A program made the position numbers and the translations under genes. The notes below the pieces were generated by a model, which made no database searches, was not told the DNA's origin, and saw only the letters and a program-made list of their open reading frames with translations. DNA of 64,000 nucleotides from an uncultured candidate division Zixibacteria bacterium (lineage in GTDB: Bacteria; Zixibacteria; MSB-5A5; GN15; FEB-12), in NCBI GenBank assembly GCA_963806185.1, contig CAWDXE010000005.1, forward strand, positions 64,001-128,000, in the 5' to 3' direction. Below, in pieces: positions 62,575 to 64,000 of the stretch. Numbering within the stretch: the first letter of the stretch is position 1; every line of letters starts with the position of its first letter.

Positions 62575-63669
62575 ATGGCAAAAGAGAAACCAGACACTAG
62601 GAAAGGCAGGCCGGAAATGGCGAGTGCGACGGCCACATTGGCGCCTGATCGGAAGAAGGCATTGGACGCTGCTTTGACGCAGATTGAGCGATCGTTTGGC
62701 AAGGGGTCGATCATGCGGATGGGCGACGGGACCGTTAGTGAGATAGAGGTGATCTCGACGGGGTCGCTGGGCCTGGATTTCGCGCTGGGGGTGTGGGGTA
62801 TTCCGCGCGGCCGGGTGACCGAGGTATTTGGTCCGGAGTCATCGGGGAAAACGACTCTGGCTCTGCATATCATCAGCGAGGCGCAGAAGGTGGGCGGAGT
62901 GGCGGCCTTTATCGACGCCGAGCATGCGCTGGATGCCAATTATGCACAGGCGCTGGGGGTGGATCTGAGCAATCTACTCATTTCGCAGCCGGATAACGGC
63001 GAGCAAGCGCTGGACATCACGGAGACACTGGTTCGGTCGGGCGCGGTGGATATCATCGTGGTCGATTCGGTGGCGGCGTTGACGCCGAAATCCGAGATCG
63101 AAGGCGAGATGGGCGACAGCCATATGGGGCTGCAGGCTCGTCTGATGTCGCAGGCGTTGCGCAAGCTTACCGCGATTACGTCGAAGTCGCATACGGCGAT
63201 CATATTCATCAACCAGATTCGGATGAAGATCGGGGTGATGTTCGGCAATCCGGAGACGACGACCGGCGGCAACGCGCTCAAGTTTTACGCCACGTGCCGG
63301 CTGGATATTCGCAAGATAGCCTCGATCAAGGAAAATCAGGATGTGATCGGATCGCGCACACGGGTACGAGTGGTGAAGAACAAAGTGGCGCCGCCGTTCC
63401 GTGAGGCGGAATTTGATATTGTCTACGGCAAGGGGATTTCGCGCTCCGGCGAGCTTGTTGACATGGCGTCGAATTACGGCATTGTCGAGAAGTCGGGATC
63501 CTGGTTCAGTTATAAGGGTGACCGGCTGGGGCAGGGGCGTGAAGCGGCGAAGCGGTTTCTCGAGGAGAACCCGGCGACGTTTACGGAAGTACTGGCCGGG
63601 GTGAAAGAGAATCTCGGCATGAATCCGGCGGCGGCAGTACGCCGGTCCGAAGACGAGGATACCGACTAA
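62575..63669 (+). CDS. recA: Recombinase RecA
   Basis: [56 protein letters not shown]; start may be 62617. Confidence 0.99.
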   Translation: MAKEKPDTRKGRPEMASATATLAPDRKKALDAALTQIERSFGKGSIMRMGDGTVSEIEVISTGSLGLDFALGVWGIPRGRVTEVFGPESSGKTTLALHIISEAQKVGGVAAFIDAEHALDANYAQALGVDLSNLLISQPDNGEQALDITETLVRSGAVDIIVVDSVAALTPKSEIEGEMGDSHMGLQARLMSQALRKLTAITSKSHTAIIFINQIRMKIGVMFGNPETTTGGNALKFYATCRLDIRKIASIKENQDVIGSRTRVRVVKNKVAPPFREAEFDIVYGKGISRSGELVDMASNYGIVEKSGSWFSYKGDRLGQGREAAKRFLEENPATFTEVLAGVKENLGMNPAAAVRRSEDEDTD

Positions 63670-63691
63670 GCGAGATTGCCAGCGGATCGTG

Positions 63692-63726
63692 AAATCGGGT
63701 CGGTCCTCAGGACCGCCCCGATTTTT
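63692..63726 (+). terminator. Intrinsic terminator of recA
   Basis: AAATCGGGTCGGTCC/GGACCGCCCCGATTT stem plus a T run. Confidence 0.8.
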
Positions 63727-63742
63727 GCTTTTGTCCCGGCGA

Positions 63743-64000
63743 TCAAGAGGTGATCAGGCGGGAGAGCAACTGGCGATAACGGGCGATCAGGACGTAGGCG
63801 AAGCGGGCGAGCAAATGAAGACCGGGCACGGCGAGCAGTCGCCCGATGGGACGGCTGGACGGGAAGAGGGATGCGACTGCGGCTACAGCATCGATGCCGC
63901 TGACGATCGACTGATCGGGCAGGATCAGGTGGAGGCGTCGGGTGAGCGTCCTGGTTTCGGGAAGCACAATGTCTTCTATCTTGAAGGCGGCCGAAAGGGG
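63743..64000 (-). CDS. 3' part of a DCC1-like thiol-disulfide oxidoreductase (DUF393)
   Basis: LHLILPDQSIVSGIDAV..LAVPGL..AYVLIARYR; 5' end lies outside the window. Confidence 0.7.
   Translation of the reverse strand, partial: PLSAAFKIEDIVLPETRTLTRRLHLILPDQSIVSGIDAVAAVASLFPSSRPIGRLLAVPGLHLLARFAYVLIARYRQLLSRLITS

Overview
A GC-rich (about 60%) bacterial chromosomal window. It encodes lipoproteins, beta-barrel-like proteins, a PEP-CTERM protein and a protein with a FlgD-Ig/T9SS-type 'QNYPNPFNP' tail. This points to a diderm organism near the FCB group, possibly candidate Zixibacteria (inference only). Housekeeping genes include coaX, tmk, obgE, dprA, ptsH, ptsI, PGI/PMI, metK, ahcY, murQ, asnS and recA. 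Accessory loci include three tandem chemoreceptors (two with CZB domains), a likely inositol-lipid pathway, two paralogous outer-membrane proteins and an uncharacterised four-gene DUF6754-type membrane module. No rRNA, tRNA, CRISPR array or transposase was seen, but several intergenic gaps are mosaics of REP-like palindromes. The strongest unexplained signals are mostly non-coding: (1) a recA promoter matching the actinobacterial PafBC/RecA-NDp motif inside a perfect palindrome; (2) a duplicated ~95-nt two-hairpin sRNA-like unit with a C-rich loop flanking a secreted-protein gene; (3) two divergent structured sRNA candidates at 5.77-6.25 kb, one behind an ECF-type promoter that recurs elsewhere; (4) a 53-aa Cys-rich mini-protein, absent from the ORF track, behind a di-Cys ArsR; and (5) many apparently leaderless genes. 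Four apparent +1 frameshifts (DUF116, a membrane gene, two in asnS) are probably assembly errors. All calls come from reading the sequence; no searches were run.
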